A stretch of 64,000 nt of DNA from a virus. A model generated the notes under the pieces. That model was not told the origin of the DNA. It was given only the letters and a program-made list of their open reading frames with translations, and searched no databases. The stretch is from positions 1 to 64,000 of the IMG/VR virus record IMGVR_UViG_3300042516_005163. The stretch is one strand, 5' to 3'. Numbering within the stretch: position 1 is the first letter of the stretch; the number at the start of each line of letters is the position of its first letter. This document shows positions 1 to 10,792 of this stretch, piece by piece. The translations under genes were made by a program, and so were the position numbers.

Positions 1-466
1 CTGGGTCAGCATTAAGGGTTAAAAAGTTGGTCATTGCACCACCAGAAAGTGGTACAAAATTATGCACATATTGTCTCGGAGCTGCATGTAAATTTGCAGT
101 AGGGTTAGCATTGAGGGTTAAAAATCCTGTCATTGCACCACCTGATACTGGTACAAATACACCAGCTGGTACACCAGATCCACTCAATACAAGTTGATCT
201 ACATATTGTTTTGTTGCTGCTTGAAGAGAAACTGTTGGATCACCGTTCAAAATTAAGCCACCGGTCATGGTGTCACCAGATTTTTGAACATAATTTAAAT
301 TACCTAAATTGATATTTTGTGCAACTGCAGCAGAAATTGTAGCAAATGTTGTTTTTTTAGATGTATCGGTTTCAATATCAACTAAGTAGAATGCATCTTG
401 CGATGTTATTTGTGACGCAAGAGGTAGCTGTGAAACTTTTAAACCTGGAACAATAATGGAACTCAT
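1..466 (-). CDS. Tail fibre protein, N-terminal part (runs off the window edge; not in ORF track)
   Basis: Hand translation from ATG at 466: MSSIIVPGLKVSQLPLASQITSQDAFYLVDIETDTSKKTTF...VQKSGDTMTGGLILNGDPTVSLQAATKQYVD, followed by two more GGAMTxFLTLNAxP repeats. This is a typical fibre shaft motif. TAAATA lies 5 nt upstream. Confidence 0.8.
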   Translation of the reverse strand, partial: MSSIIVPGLKVSQLPLASQITSQDAFYLVDIETDTSKKTTFATISAAVAQNINLGNLNYVQKSGDTMTGGLILNGDPTVSLQAATKQYVDQLVLSGSGVPAGVFVPVSGGAMTGFLTLNANPTANLHAAPRQYVHNFVPLSGGAMTNFLTLNADP

Positions 467-474
467 GTCATTAT

Positions 475-1383
475 TTATGTCAATACAATATGATCATCTT
501 CAGTTGCAACCTCATCACTGGTAAATTTACCAGCACTTGTTTCGGTGAGAAGGGTTGTAATCGTTGCTGTAACAGGTGTTGTAAGAGTGATATTAGGATA
601 TGTATCTGTACCTTCTACGTGAAAATTCTTAATTCTAAAAATTGCTTCATTTGTTGATGACGATGTCATTGGTGTTGAGTACGACATACCAACATTAACA
701 AACGTAGTATTTTCTATCGGTATAGAAATTGGCAATGATGTTAATTGAGTATATTGGATATCGTCATTATATCTGTAATCAATTGTAAGAGACTTGAAAA
801 AGTCACCTATTCTGAATCTTAACCAACAGTATGTTTCATTTGTTGTGAGTAACGTAAAATTAGTTGATAGAGATGTAAGAGAAACGTTATATATGACATC
901 ACAATCAGGTGCAGGTCCTCTAATTATTAAAGAATTAGGAATAACTTGTGAATTAGTTACACCTGTTACAGTATTACCACCTCCGAATAAGGAAGATAAT
1001 GCAAAATAACCAGTTGTGTCAAACGCAATACCAATTAACCCACCTGACATACCTCGTGTATTGGTACTATCTGGAGGTCCGACTTCTTGCTCAAGTAAAA
1101 TTACATTATTATCAATATTGCTTGTTAGTGTGTTTATTTCGGTATCTAAGCAAATGGTATTTTCTGCAGCAAGACAGTTCAATGTATCGTAATCAAATCC
1201 GTCTACATATCCTATATAATTTCCTGTCAGCCCTGATTGCAAACTTGTACTACTTTGTTTTAAAAACGTACAAAAAGCACCTTGACTTTGTGAGGATGAC
1301 CCGCATAAGGAAAATTTAAACGACCAAATTATGTCATAATTTGCGTTAAATGCTCCATTATACTGAAATCCTGTGGTTTTCAT
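475..1383 (-). CDS. Virion structural protein with probable ConA/L-type lectin-like beta-sandwich
   Basis: 302 aa, beta-rich. QGAFCTFL and GLIGIAFDTTGYF resemble legume-lectin-like motifs. Lies in the fibre cluster. Confidence 0.5.
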   Translation of the reverse strand: MKTTGFQYNGAFNANYDIIWSFKFSLCGSSSQSQGAFCTFLKQSSTSLQSGLTGNYIGYVDGFDYDTLNCLAAENTICLDTEINTLTSNIDNNVILLEQEVGPPDSTNTRGMSGGLIGIAFDTTGYFALSSLFGGGNTVTGVTNSQVIPNSLIIRGPAPDCDVIYNVSLTSLSTNFTLLTTNETYCWLRFRIGDFFKSLTIDYRYNDDIQYTQLTSLPISIPIENTTFVNVGMSYSTPMTSSSTNEAIFRIKNFHVEGTDTYPNITLTTPVTATITTLLTETSAGKFTSDEVATEDDHIVLT

Positions 1384-1389
1384 TTAAAA

Positions 1390-1695
1390 TTATACAACCG
1401 GACCCCAACCATTTGATGCCGACAAGTAAAACATTTTTGATACCTGTGTGTTATAGTAAAGATCACCTACTAATGCATTAGATGTAGCAGGAGCTGTAGC
1501 TTGATTACCATGAAATTTAATACCAATAGATATACCACCAGGAGTGGTGCTATCACCAATAAAAAACCGATTTGTATCTGTTGTAAATGCAGGTTCTCCT
1601 AGAGCAAACGTTACGGTTTGGCGTTCTGCATCAGTTCCTCGTCTAAAGAGTAATTTGATGATAGTATTTTCTAAAATTTCAATCTTATTTGCCAT
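1390..1695 (-). CDS. Short tail-fibre-associated protein with Mtd_N-like (major tropism determinant N-terminal) domain
   Basis: KLLFRRGTDAER...LGEPAFTTDTNRFFIGD.TTPGG matches the Mtd_N pattern. TAAATA lies 5 nt upstream. Confidence 0.65.
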   Translation of the reverse strand: MANKIEILENTIIKLLFRRGTDAERQTVTFALGEPAFTTDTNRFFIGDSTTPGGISIGIKFHGNQATAPATSNALVGDLYYNTQVSKMFYLSASNGWGPVV

Positions 1696-1706
1696 ATTAG
1701 TATTTA

Positions 1707-3494
1707 TTAACTCAAATTCAAGATACCATCAGCGCAGAGATATTGAACTAAAGTATTATTTGTTGGTTTAGATACATCTAATATAGAACTTTGTAAATCG
1801 TATATCTGATTGATACATCTGTTTATAACACCATAACTGATTTTTTCGTTTTCATGTACAAAAAGATTATCAGTGGTTGGTATTTTTAAAAAGTTATAGT
1901 CAGTTAAGTATGTGTATCCTAATAATTCTTGATTTGCAGTAAGCAAACTTTGTTGATATGTGATATTTGCATTAGGTGTAATGAAACGAGTTAAAAATTT
2001 ACCAATAATTTGATTTTTAAGACGTATAATATTGGATGCAATTTTAAACAACTCTTTATTTAAATAGTTTGCTTGAATATACTCATTTTGGTTGATTTGA
2101 ATATCATTAAAGCTGTAGTTATCAATATTTGTTTCCTTTAAAACATCTTTATAGAAAGAAAAGTCTTCACAAAAAACCAATCTATCTTGTGTGCTTACAA
2201 TATTGATATCATAATTGTTTACAGAGGGACAAACAGCCAAACCTGTATATAATCCAGGAGGATTGTTGATTTTTAAATTATGATCTTTGTAAATACCAAT
2301 TAATTTTGAAGGTGAATTTACGAATAACTTATAGATAAAACGTGATGTTGTGATATAAAAGATATTTGAGTCATTTTGTGAGAATTTAATCTTTAAAATA
2401 GTCTCATTACTTCCTAAAATGATACCAACTGATTGTCTTAATGATAAATTATAGTTTTGAAAAAGATTACAAAATATCTGGTTATTGCGTTGTGTAACAA
2501 CTAATAGATAATCTAAAAACTTGTTATAAGATAAACCTAATACATTTTCTTTACGACTTATTAAGCGGGCAGAGCGGGTTGTATTAAAATTAAAATCATA
2601 TTCTTTGAAATATCTAGTTACATTATCATATACATGTATGTGTTCATTAGATGTTGCAATATAACGAGGGGATTTTAAAGCTAGTTTGTTTTTAACGTTA
2701 GTAGAACTCTGCAAATCAATCAAAACGGTATCATTACCTAAACTATCATCATAATTATAGAAATGCTCAATATTAAACTTGAAGATTGTTTTGTTGCCTG
2801 CATCTGCAACATATAAAATATTACCATTCAAATCTGCATCAGTAATTTTTGAAAACGATAGCACATTGTTTACCTGATTAGAGCAAAATGTTGTAGTTGT
2901 TGCAACACCAACTGTATTATTAGCTTTACTACCGGTAAGAATAGTTAGAGATGTAGATGTTGGTATAAAAATAGCATAGTTGTTTTCACTACTATCAAAT
3001 ACAGCTTCACAACCAACGCTATTTGATAGTGTGGTTAAAATGGTTTGTTGTGTTGTGGTTGTAGATAACCCCGTAAAATCTGTAAAGTATTGTAATTCTG
3101 AACTATTACCTGTAATTGCAATGGTGCTTGTATATACTTGTGGTAAATCACTATTTTGAATAAAAAACCGTGAGTATAAAAATTGATTATTAAGATTTAA
3201 TTTGCGTAATTTTTCGTTTATGGAGTCCGCTGTAATAAACTCGTTAATTTTAAACTTTACTTCATTTAAACTATAAGGTAAAGTAGGTGTTTCTGTTATA
3301 TCTCTGTCAAAATAAAACGTAGATAAATAAACGTCGTTTAAATAATTCGATTTGTTTGATAGTGGTGTTGATAAACTTATTTTACCCGCATAAGCCACTC
3401 CATCGAGAGTGTTAAAATAACCAGTATAATCTGTACCAGTGAGGGTAAACGCATTACCTGTAGTATAACTAAATTTGTCAGTAAAATCGATCAT
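1707..3494 (-). CDS. Virion structural protein, probable beta-propeller (NHL-like repeat)
   Basis: 595 aa. ILYVADAGNKTIFKF and IHVYDNVT resemble propeller blades. Structural gene context. Confidence 0.5.
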   Translation of the reverse strand: MIDFTDKFSYTTGNAFTLTGTDYTGYFNTLDGVAYAGKISLSTPLSNKSNYLNDVYLSTFYFDRDITETPTLPYSLNEVKFKINEFITADSINEKLRKLNLNNQFLYSRFFIQNSDLPQVYTSTIAITGNSSELQYFTDFTGLSTTTTQQTILTTLSNSVGCEAVFDSSENNYAIFIPTSTSLTILTGSKANNTVGVATTTTFCSNQVNNVLSFSKITDADLNGNILYVADAGNKTIFKFNIEHFYNYDDSLGNDTVLIDLQSSTNVKNKLALKSPRYIATSNEHIHVYDNVTRYFKEYDFNFNTTRSARLISRKENVLGLSYNKFLDYLLVVTQRNNQIFCNLFQNYNLSLRQSVGIILGSNETILKIKFSQNDSNIFYITTSRFIYKLFVNSPSKLIGIYKDHNLKINNPPGLYTGLAVCPSVNNYDINIVSTQDRLVFCEDFSFYKDVLKETNIDNYSFNDIQINQNEYIQANYLNKELFKIASNIIRLKNQIIGKFLTRFITPNANITYQQSLLTANQELLGYTYLTDYNFLKIPTTDNLFVHENEKISYGVINRCINQIYDLQSSILDVSKPTNNTLVQYLCADGILNLS

Positions 3495-3495
3495 A

Positions 3496-6400
3496 TTAAT
3501 AATTAATAAACGAAATATTATTGATATCTACATCTGCTGGTAATACATCTTGTAGATTGTTGTAAATGTTAGCAGATATTTGCTGCTCTAATCTTGTATC
3601 GTTAATATTTGCATTTTTAATAACGATATTAACCTTATCACTTTTACTGTACGGTTGGGTAAATTTGAACAGTGTTTGAATTTCCTCAATATTGTTGCGT
3701 TGACCACAAGGTAATGTAATATTAATTGGTGAAATACCTATGTTATTTAAAAGTATAGCTTGTTGTTGTAAGTCATTTACACCAGCACTGTACACTTTTA
3801 GATTTTCAATAGTTGCATTTCTTAATACGTTATACCCGGTAATATTAACAAAATTATCTAGTGTTGAATTATTACCAAGACTGATAGACCCTAATCTAAT
3901 ATCGTTAGTAGCTACAGTATTGATTCGATACTTACTCTTATCAATTGTAGCACTATATACAAGGTTGTTATTGATTACAACTTTATAATAACCTTCTTCT
4001 GTATTATATGTTAATAATATAGAATTTTCATACTCACTTAAATCAGATAATTTAATTTCATAATGAAGTGTTTTTATATCTGTATCGTCGTAAATATTCT
4101 TTAACTTGAAATCTATATTGAGATTATTTTGTGGATCGTCATTGATAAAGTATGGATAGTTTGTCAAACATTGTTGTTTTTCGTTAGATAAAAATGTAGC
4201 ATATTGATTAAACGTTTTGTTTGTATAGTCAAAAAGGTAATTTCTACCAGAAAGTTCAAGCATTTCAGTTGGTGTGCTTGATAGGGTTGGGGTTAAATTA
4301 TAGATCGAATAGTTTAAGTTTACATCTCTTGCTAATACAATTGGTGTAAATGAATAACTATTATTGTATGCAGCAATATGATCAATTTGTACACCAGTTA
4401 AATCGGTAAACAATGTTTGATCGCTTAATAATCTACGAGCTTGATTAACTGTGGCTAGTTTATTATTATCATGGAGAATATACAAGGTGCCGTCGTCATC
4501 AACTGTAAAATCAGTAATGTATGAATTTGAAGCTACAAATGTTTCTTTACTACCTGTGATCTGAACATTGTAACTTTCAATTCGATTATTAGAAATTAAA
4601 TTATACAACGTTGTACCACGATGTATAATCTTACTACCACTAAATCCATACAATGTGTCATTATAGTAATGAATATTAGTATAGCTACCTGCACCACCGC
4701 TTATGAATGGTGTAGCAAGTTGTGTATTAATAGTACCATTTAATGTATTAACAATTGCACACCCACCATTAACGTCTGTTAAAAATGCTAACGTATTACC
4801 ACTTAATGTGTAGTTAATGTAATTAGATGCAGGTATTACACTACCTAAATCATAAACGGTCTTGATAGTACCGGTTGGTCCTATTTTATACAGATTGCTA
4901 TTAGTGGTTGTAACAAAATAGTTTTGTAAATGATCTGTTGTTATAATGTCTAATACGTCTGATGAAAAACTTAATGTATAAATTAGTGAGTTTTCAGTAT
5001 TATAAACATATACGTTGTTTTTATTTTTTGTATAGATGAAAGGTGTAATCTTATTATCATTGTAGATTGTAATACCTGAATCTACTGCAGGGGTTACAAT
5101 ATAACTTGTGTTATTTTGCCATGGTCCTTTTATTGTAAATGATAATGTAAATGAACCACTTCGAGTAATATCTTGAATAGGAATTGATACACTTTTATCA
5201 CCTTCAAATGTTAATGAATTTGTTAATACATCTATTGGTGTATTATTTGATGTAAAATATTGAGTGAACCCCGTCTGTATATTACCGGGAATTGCATTTA
5301 ACACATTATTAATATTGGTGTTAGATGCTCTATCATATGTAAACACACTATTAGGGGTAATAGTTATGTTTGAAATAACATCGACGTATTGTTGTTTTGC
5401 TACAATATCACGGTTTGTTGGGTTAGCTAAGAAACTTACAATAGGATTAGCTGTTGTTGGTGAATATACCGACGATAATTGTACAACATTAACCAATTCG
5501 TTAATGTTAGGGAAATAATACCTATCTACCCACAAATTATAATCACTACCTGCAGATAGCCACGTTACAACATAATTACCCACAAATGGATTAGATGCAT
5601 CAACTTCTTGTTTATATACTTTATCAGATAATACTGGGTCAACAGATGCTAATGCACCATCTTTAACGAATGATGTATCGTTAATATTAAGTCTATCGTA
5701 TGGAAATATAGATGATGGAGCAGTTACGATTGTCTTACCATTGTTAATTGTAAAGTCCTGTGTATAACAGACGAAATTTAATGAAATCTTTTCATAACCA
5801 CCTTCTTCATTGTTACCTGTAAAGAGTGATGTATATTCTCTAAACAAAGGAGCTGGGACATTATCTGAAGATACAAAATTAGGGTTATCGCGTTTTATGA
5901 AATTCTTCTCTGATAGAAGATTTTTCATTTTAAACACATTCATATCTACTTTAGATGTATCAACAATATTATTATATTCAAAGTGGCATATATTATTGCT
6001 TACAATATCGCTTAAACTCTTCTCACTATTAATATTTAAATCATTAAAATTTGTATCTGCAACATAGCTTACCCAACTAGTGTTTAGTTTAGGTGTGAGT
6101 TCTGTTCTTGTAAGATCAAGATAAAATAAGGAAACACTGTCTAAAATATTGTAAGTACTTGTATATGGTACTAATGTAAAAGCTTGATTACTTACACCTA
6201 AAACAAACGTATCAAATCCAACCTTTTTAAAGAACACCCCATAACCATCTTTATCTAAAATATAGCTAAACGCATCTAAACTTTGCAAATTAAAGTTATA
6301 GTTTGTTGAAAACTCATAAGACGTAAGAAAGTAAAAATTACTTACTGTTGTGTCATATACAAGATAATAATTTAAATCACCTGAACGTCTTTTGATACGG

Positions 6401-6804
6401 CATAAATTTTCGTCATAAATTTCAATCTCAAAGAACATTAGAGATTTATCAACTAAAGTTGAAGACTGGGTGAAACTATAAGAATATTTACCAGGTTCTG
6501 TAAAGGTGTTAACGATGTCAAATATTAAAACATTATCAACATTTTTAAGCGGTGTAACGTAATCAATAACCGGGTATTCCAATTCATTAAAGTTAAATAT
6601 CTCTGTATCCTGTTTTAGATTAGTGAGATATAATGCACTATAGTTGTTAATCGTTGCATCACTAGTACCAGAAAGTGCATCAATATAATTAAAACGAAAC
6701 CCTTGTTCAAAACTAATGTTGTTTTGTTTGATGGACAACGACGTATCGTTATATGTAGCAGATGGTGACGCTATTTGGGTAAAACTATATCTTTGTAGAC
6801 TCAC
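3496..6804 (-). CDS. Large virion/baseplate-associated structural protein (LamG-like and propeller-like segments)
   Basis: 1102 aa, N/T/S-rich, GTG start with TAAATA 5 nt upstream. SFTLSFTIK and IENLKVYS resemble LamG-like strands. Confidence 0.5.
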   Translation of the reverse strand: MSLQRYSFTQIASPSATYNDTSLSIKQNNISFEQGFRFNYIDALSGTSDATINNYSALYLTNLKQDTEIFNFNELEYPVIDYVTPLKNVDNVLIFDIVNTFTEPGKYSYSFTQSSTLVDKSLMFFEIEIYDENLCRIKRRSGDLNYYLVYDTTVSNFYFLTSYEFSTNYNFNLQSLDAFSYILDKDGYGVFFKKVGFDTFVLGVSNQAFTLVPYTSTYNILDSVSLFYLDLTRTELTPKLNTSWVSYVADTNFNDLNINSEKSLSDIVSNNICHFEYNNIVDTSKVDMNVFKMKNLLSEKNFIKRDNPNFVSSDNVPAPLFREYTSLFTGNNEEGGYEKISLNFVCYTQDFTINNGKTIVTAPSSIFPYDRLNINDTSFVKDGALASVDPVLSDKVYKQEVDASNPFVGNYVVTWLSAGSDYNLWVDRYYFPNINELVNVVQLSSVYSPTTANPIVSFLANPTNRDIVAKQQYVDVISNITITPNSVFTYDRASNTNINNVLNAIPGNIQTGFTQYFTSNNTPIDVLTNSLTFEGDKSVSIPIQDITRSGSFTLSFTIKGPWQNNTSYIVTPAVDSGITIYNDNKITPFIYTKNKNNVYVYNTENSLIYTLSFSSDVLDIITTDHLQNYFVTTTNSNLYKIGPTGTIKTVYDLGSVIPASNYINYTLSGNTLAFLTDVNGGCAIVNTLNGTINTQLATPFISGGAGSYTNIHYYNDTLYGFSGSKIIHRGTTLYNLISNNRIESYNVQITGSKETFVASNSYITDFTVDDDGTLYILHDNNKLATVNQARRLLSDQTLFTDLTGVQIDHIAAYNNSYSFTPIVLARDVNLNYSIYNLTPTLSSTPTEMLELSGRNYLFDYTNKTFNQYATFLSNEKQQCLTNYPYFINDDPQNNLNIDFKLKNIYDDTDIKTLHYEIKLSDLSEYENSILLTYNTEEGYYKVVINNNLVYSATIDKSKYRINTVATNDIRLGSISLGNNSTLDNFVNITGYNVLRNATIENLKVYSAGVNDLQQQAILLNNIGISPINITLPCGQRNNIEEIQTLFKFTQPYSKSDKVNIVIKNANINDTRLEQQISANIYNNLQDVLPADVDINNISFINY

Positions 6805-6812
6805 AATATTAT

Positions 6813-7565
6813 TTATCCATAAGTACCGTATATATCGGTATTATTGATTGTTTGGTCAAATACTTTTGATATACTTAACTGATCCACATCACCAGGATAT
6901 GATTTTGCAGGTGATGTTTCTTGTATTGAAGATGATACAACACCAGTAAACGAGTTATCATATACTTGATTGTTACCAGACTCACCAGATAATCCAGGTT
7001 CATATGAATATTCAAATCGTTTACCTTTTAATCTATAAACATATGAACCATAAATTGGGTTGAGAGTTGGTATATCTTCATCAACTCGTTCAGTAATTTC
7101 ATAGTATCTTGGACCCCTGTTACCAGGTCTGCATGAATAGTCTACAAGTTCGACAACATCGCCAGACTTAGGCTCAACTCGCTGACCGAATGAAGGGTAG
7201 CTTAAACTACTGAATAATGTGGTAAATGTATCAATAGATACAAAACCTGTAAATTCTTCATCAGAAACAAAACCAAACTTCTTTAATGTGATTGCATTAT
7301 CAGAAACCTGAACATACATTCGAATTCGTTGTGGTTCAGAATATCTTCTGGTTGGGTCTTCACCATAAAAGTTGTCAGTAGCTGATACATTATATGTATT
7401 AACATAATAATTAACATTGGTACCGAAGTTGTTTATTAACTCACCAAATGCATTGTTATAGATTAATGATTCACCTTGTAAATCATCAGCATTAAAAATT
7501 TGACACGCAGCATTAGCTTGTGCAGCAAATATTTGACATTGTTGTAATGGTCTGCAATCGCTCAT
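6813..7565 (-). CDS. gp14: Neck / head-completion protein (T4 gp14-like)
   Basis: ELINNFGTNVNYY, FYGEDP, KKFG, PKSGDVV, YEIT and YVYRLKGKRFEYSYE follow the gp14 motif order. Confidence 0.75.
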   Translation of the reverse strand: MSDCRPLQQCQIFAAQANAACQIFNADDLQGESLIYNNAFGELINNFGTNVNYYVNTYNVSATDNFYGEDPTRRYSEPQRIRMYVQVSDNAITLKKFGFVSDEEFTGFVSIDTFTTLFSSLSYPSFGQRVEPKSGDVVELVDYSCRPGNRGPRYYEITERVDEDIPTLNPIYGSYVYRLKGKRFEYSYEPGLSGESGNNQVYDNSFTGVVSSSIQETSPAKSYPGDVDQLSISKVFDQTINNTDIYGTYG

Positions 7566-7894
7566 GTTGTTACTTTAGGACCAGTTAAATAATAAAATCC
7601 ACCTTGTTTGGTGATAGTTTGTTCAGAGTTTGAGTTAAGCTTCTTTTCTTCACCTTCTTCTGGTAGATTAATACCGTATTCTTGCGCAATATTTGAAGCT
7701 TTATCGGGAGTTAAAAACACCTTGTTAGATAAACCTTTTGCTACAACCTCACTTGCGGTTGTTTTTCTTTGATCTGATAATTTGTGATCTTTAGCCACCT
7801 TTGGATTGAAAATATCACGTCTAGGATTACGTCGAACCATAGATTGGGTCAACCCATTGAGGTTATTCTTGAAGAACTGTTTAAATGACTTCAC
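7562..7894 (-). CDS. Hypothetical protein, probable capsid-internal protein (start corrected to GTG 7894)
   Basis: Begins MKSFKQFF, similar to the T4 internal-protein capsid-targeting N-terminus. TAAATA lies 5 nt before the GTG. Confidence 0.55.
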   Translation of the reverse strand: MKSFKQFFKNNLNGLTQSMVRRNPRRDIFNPKVAKDHKLSDQRKTTASEVVAKGLSNKVFLTPDKASNIAQEYGINLPEEGEEKKLNSNSEQTITKQGGFYYLTGPKVTT

Positions 7895-7919
7895 TATATT
7901 ATTTAATACATGCAAAAGA

Positions 7920-7944
7920 AAAACCTGAGCATCGCTCAGGTTTT
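7920..7944 (-). terminator. Rho-independent terminator after 7969..8847
   Basis: AAAACCTGAGC-ATC-GCTCAGGTTTT is an inverted repeat with a T-rich run on the minus strand. Confidence 0.8.
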
Positions 7945-7968
7945 CCGTGGTTTGTTTTAATCTATTTT

Positions 7969-8847
7969 TTATGCCGCAAATGCGTCAGTACCAGGCTTGC
8001 TTGTCTTAGTAGACTTCACCTTGTTGTTCTTACCCATATCAGGTGCTTTTGCACCGTGAAGAGCATGACCTAATTCACCGGCTTCACCATCAACTTCGTC
8101 GGTATACTTACCGTCACCAGCTTTACCATTTGGCTTAAGCTTCATTGAGCTAACCTTATTGTCTTTACCATGGAATTCAGAAGGTACTTTAGCGCCATTA
8201 AGTGCATGACCCATTGTTTCTTCATCTTCTTCACCAAAGCCACCCATATCTTCTTTACCACCCATGTCTTCTACCTCACCCATGTCTTCCATTTCATCAC
8301 CCACGTCTTCGTCACCACCAATTACTCCCATGAGTACATCGTGGAGCTTTTTAGCAAGCTCTTTATCAAGGGTAATTGTTACTGTTTCTTCACCACCCAT
8401 GTCCATATCAGCACCTTCTTCACCAGAAGTTTCAATGCCAAGGGCGTCAAGTTCGTCGGTATCGGCAACGTCGTTACCTGCCATTACATTTTCGTATAAT
8501 TTTTCAAAAATAGATTTGCTCATGAAATTATTTATAGCATCACGATTAATTTTTCCAAAATTTTCTTCGTCTTCATCTGGGTTTTCTTCTGCGGTTAAAT
8601 TTTTTCCACCGTAGGTATTATCTTCTTCAGAATCTTTTTTAGACATTTTATTAGCATCAATTTCAGCAGGCTTAAAACCACCCTTTTCAGATGGACCACC
8701 GGCTTGCAACTTTGCTGCATCTTTATCGTTTAGTTCTTTAGCTCCGGGTCCAGACTTTGTAGGTAAGGTTTTTTCTTCAACAACAGAAATATTGTTAAGC
8801 ATATTACCATAAATTTGACCAAGTTTATATAATGATTGTTTTGACAT
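7969..8847 (-). CDS. Acidic low-complexity protein, probable prohead core / internal head protein
   Basis: 292 aa, E/D/G/M-rich with repeated EDMG and GHAL(N/H)GAK. Has its own TAAATA promoter and terminator, which suggests high expression. Confidence 0.5.
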   Translation of the reverse strand: MSKQSLYKLGQIYGNMLNNISVVEEKTLPTKSGPGAKELNDKDAAKLQAGGPSEKGGFKPAEIDANKMSKKDSEEDNTYGGKNLTAEENPDEDEENFGKINRDAINNFMSKSIFEKLYENVMAGNDVADTDELDALGIETSGEEGADMDMGGEETVTITLDKELAKKLHDVLMGVIGGDEDVGDEMEDMGEVEDMGGKEDMGGFGEEDEETMGHALNGAKVPSEFHGKDNKVSSMKLKPNGKAGDGKYTDEVDGEAGELGHALHGAKAPDMGKNNKVKSTKTSKPGTDAFAA

Positions 8848-8861
8848 ATAAATATATTTAG

Positions 8862-9083
8862 TTAAACTTGAATAAAAACACAGGTGAGAGATTCAGTCTC
8901 TTCAAGTTTTGTCATATGTTTAATGTGGAATTTATATCTTTTCAATTCTTTTCTTAATATTGCAAATCTTTCTACATTAACATTAACAATGATACTACGA
9001 TGGATATCGTCATAGAGAACATAATCACAGAATTCTTCACACAAGCTAGCTGCACGGCTTACGTTTGTGTGTGATTTAGACAT
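8862..9083 (-). CDS. Hypothetical protein
   Basis: 73-aa ORF filling the gap, with TAAATA 6 nt upstream of the ATG. Confidence 0.55.
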   Translation of the reverse strand: MSKSHTNVSRAASLCEEFCDYVLYDDIHRSIIVNVNVERFAILRKELKRYKFHIKHMTKLEETESLTCVFIQV

Positions 9084-9100
9084 ATATAATATTTAGATAT

Positions 9101-10792
9101 ATGGCAGGACCTCCAAAAAAGAAACAAACTTACCTAAATAACCCAAATTTACCTACATCAGGTGCGGTGTTTGAATATACACCAACAATGGTAAAGGAAA
9201 TTAAAAAGTGTTCGCAAAATATATTACACTTTGCTGAAGAGTATTTCTTTATCGTACACCCTGATAAAGGTAGAATGAAGATACCCCTTAGACCGTATCA
9301 AAAGAGAGTATTGAGAAAGATGAGAGATAATAGATTTTTCATCTTATTATCACCACGTCAGTCTGGTAAATCTACCATGTATACAATTTACTCATTATGG
9401 CATGCATGTTTTGAAGCTGATAAACGAGTCGTTATTGTAGCTAACAAAGAAGCGACTGCAATTGAAATTTTCAAACGTATTAGATTAGCATATGAGGAAC
9501 TTCCTAACTGGTTAAAACCTGGTGTTGAAGAGTATGGGAAAACTTCTATGAAGCTAGCTAATGGATCGGAAATTGGTATTTCAACCACAACAGGGAGTGC
9601 AGCTCGTGGTATGTCTATTTCCTTATTATTCATTGACGAGTTAGCGTTCATTGAGCCGGGATTAATGGAAGACTTTTGGAAATCCGTTTACCCTACAATT
9701 TCCTCAGCTGAAAAAGCAAAGATCTTTATTGCATCTACCCCAAACGGAACTGGTAATCTTTTCCACAAATTATGGATGGGTGCATTGAAAGGGGATAATG
9801 GATTTGGTTTTGATGAAATTAAATGGGATGAACCACCTAAGAGAGATGAAGCATTTAAAAAGAAGACTATTGAAAACTTGGGTTCATATGAAAGCTGGCT
9901 TCAGGAATACGAATGCATTTTCCTTCAGCATGGTGATGGGGCTATCGACCACGAATATTTTGACAAATTAATTAAAACAGTAAAACAACCTATAGGCGTA
10001 TACGAGGATGGTGCATATAGAATATTTGATGAACCTAAAGATGGTAGAATTTATGCAGCAGGTGTAGATACTGCTGAAGGTATAGGAAAAGATTACTCTA
10101 TAATTAATATCTACGATCTCACAGATCTATCTAATATAGAGCAAGTAGCTATATATTCATCTAATAAGATATCTCCTTATGATTTCACAACTAAAGTTAA
10201 TGAAATTTTAACTCAATGGGGTAAACCACTAGCACTTGTTGAGAGAAATGGTGTTGGTGCTCAGGTTGCAGATAATTTGAGGAACAGATTTTTTTATGAA
10301 AAACTTGTAAATTGGGGTGGTCAGTTAGCAAATCGTAAGCAACAAAATGGGGTAATTTGCCACTCAAATACAAAAAATAAAGCAGTTACTAATATGAGAT
10401 ATTGGGTATCTGAACTCAAATGTGTTAAGTTTAATGACGTTGAGACAATAAAAGAATTTAGAGACTTTACTAGATATCCAAACGGCACATGGGCAGCAAA
10501 AGATGGTTGCCATGATGATAAAGTTATGTCCACCGTTTGGGCTCTTATGGCATTATATGATGACGTTGTGCAGCAGTATTTTGAAATAGCAGAAACCGAT
10601 GATAACAACAAACCCAAAAAACTTGTTATTTCTGATTTCGGAATGAACTTAACTGTAAATCCTAAATCACTTTACGGTGATAATGAAATATTTAAAAATG
10701 ATATTTTCACATTACCTTGTGTATTTGGAATGGGTGATCAAGTAGACAGTGATATAAATACGTTAGAACAAGAAGGCTGGTATATTTTATGA
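9101..10792 (+). CDS. terL: Terminase large subunit (T4 gp17-like)
   Basis: LRPYQ adenine-binding motif, Walker A PRQSGKS, Walker B LFIDELAF, motif III STPNG, nuclease GVDTAEG...DYS and HDD. Confidence 0.95.
   Translation: MAGPPKKKQTYLNNPNLPTSGAVFEYTPTMVKEIKKCSQNILHFAEEYFFIVHPDKGRMKIPLRPYQKRVLRKMRDNRFFILLSPRQSGKSTMYTIYSLWHACFEADKRVVIVANKEATAIEIFKRIRLAYEELPNWLKPGVEEYGKTSMKLANGSEIGISTTTGSAARGMSISLLFIDELAFIEPGLMEDFWKSVYPTISSAEKAKIFIASTPNGTGNLFHKLWMGALKGDNGFGFDEIKWDEPPKRDEAFKKKTIENLGSYESWLQEYECIFLQHGDGAIDHEYFDKLIKTVKQPIGVYEDGAYRIFDEPKDGRIYAAGVDTAEGIGKDYSIINIYDLTDLSNIEQVAIYSSNKISPYDFTTKVNEILTQWGKPLALVERNGVGAQVADNLRNRFFYEKLVNWGGQLANRKQQNGVICHSNTKNKAVTNMRYWVSELKCVKFNDVETIKEFRDFTRYPNGTWAAKDGCHDDKVMSTVWALMALYDDVVQQYFEIAETDDNNKPKKLVISDFGMNLTVNPKSLYGDNEIFKNDIFTLPCVFGMGDQVDSDINTLEQEGWYIL

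Noticed and set aside
1390-1695. Diversity-generating retroelement, suggested by the Mtd_N-like domain
   Set aside because: No reverse transcriptase and no template/variable repeat pair differing at adenines was seen in the window.
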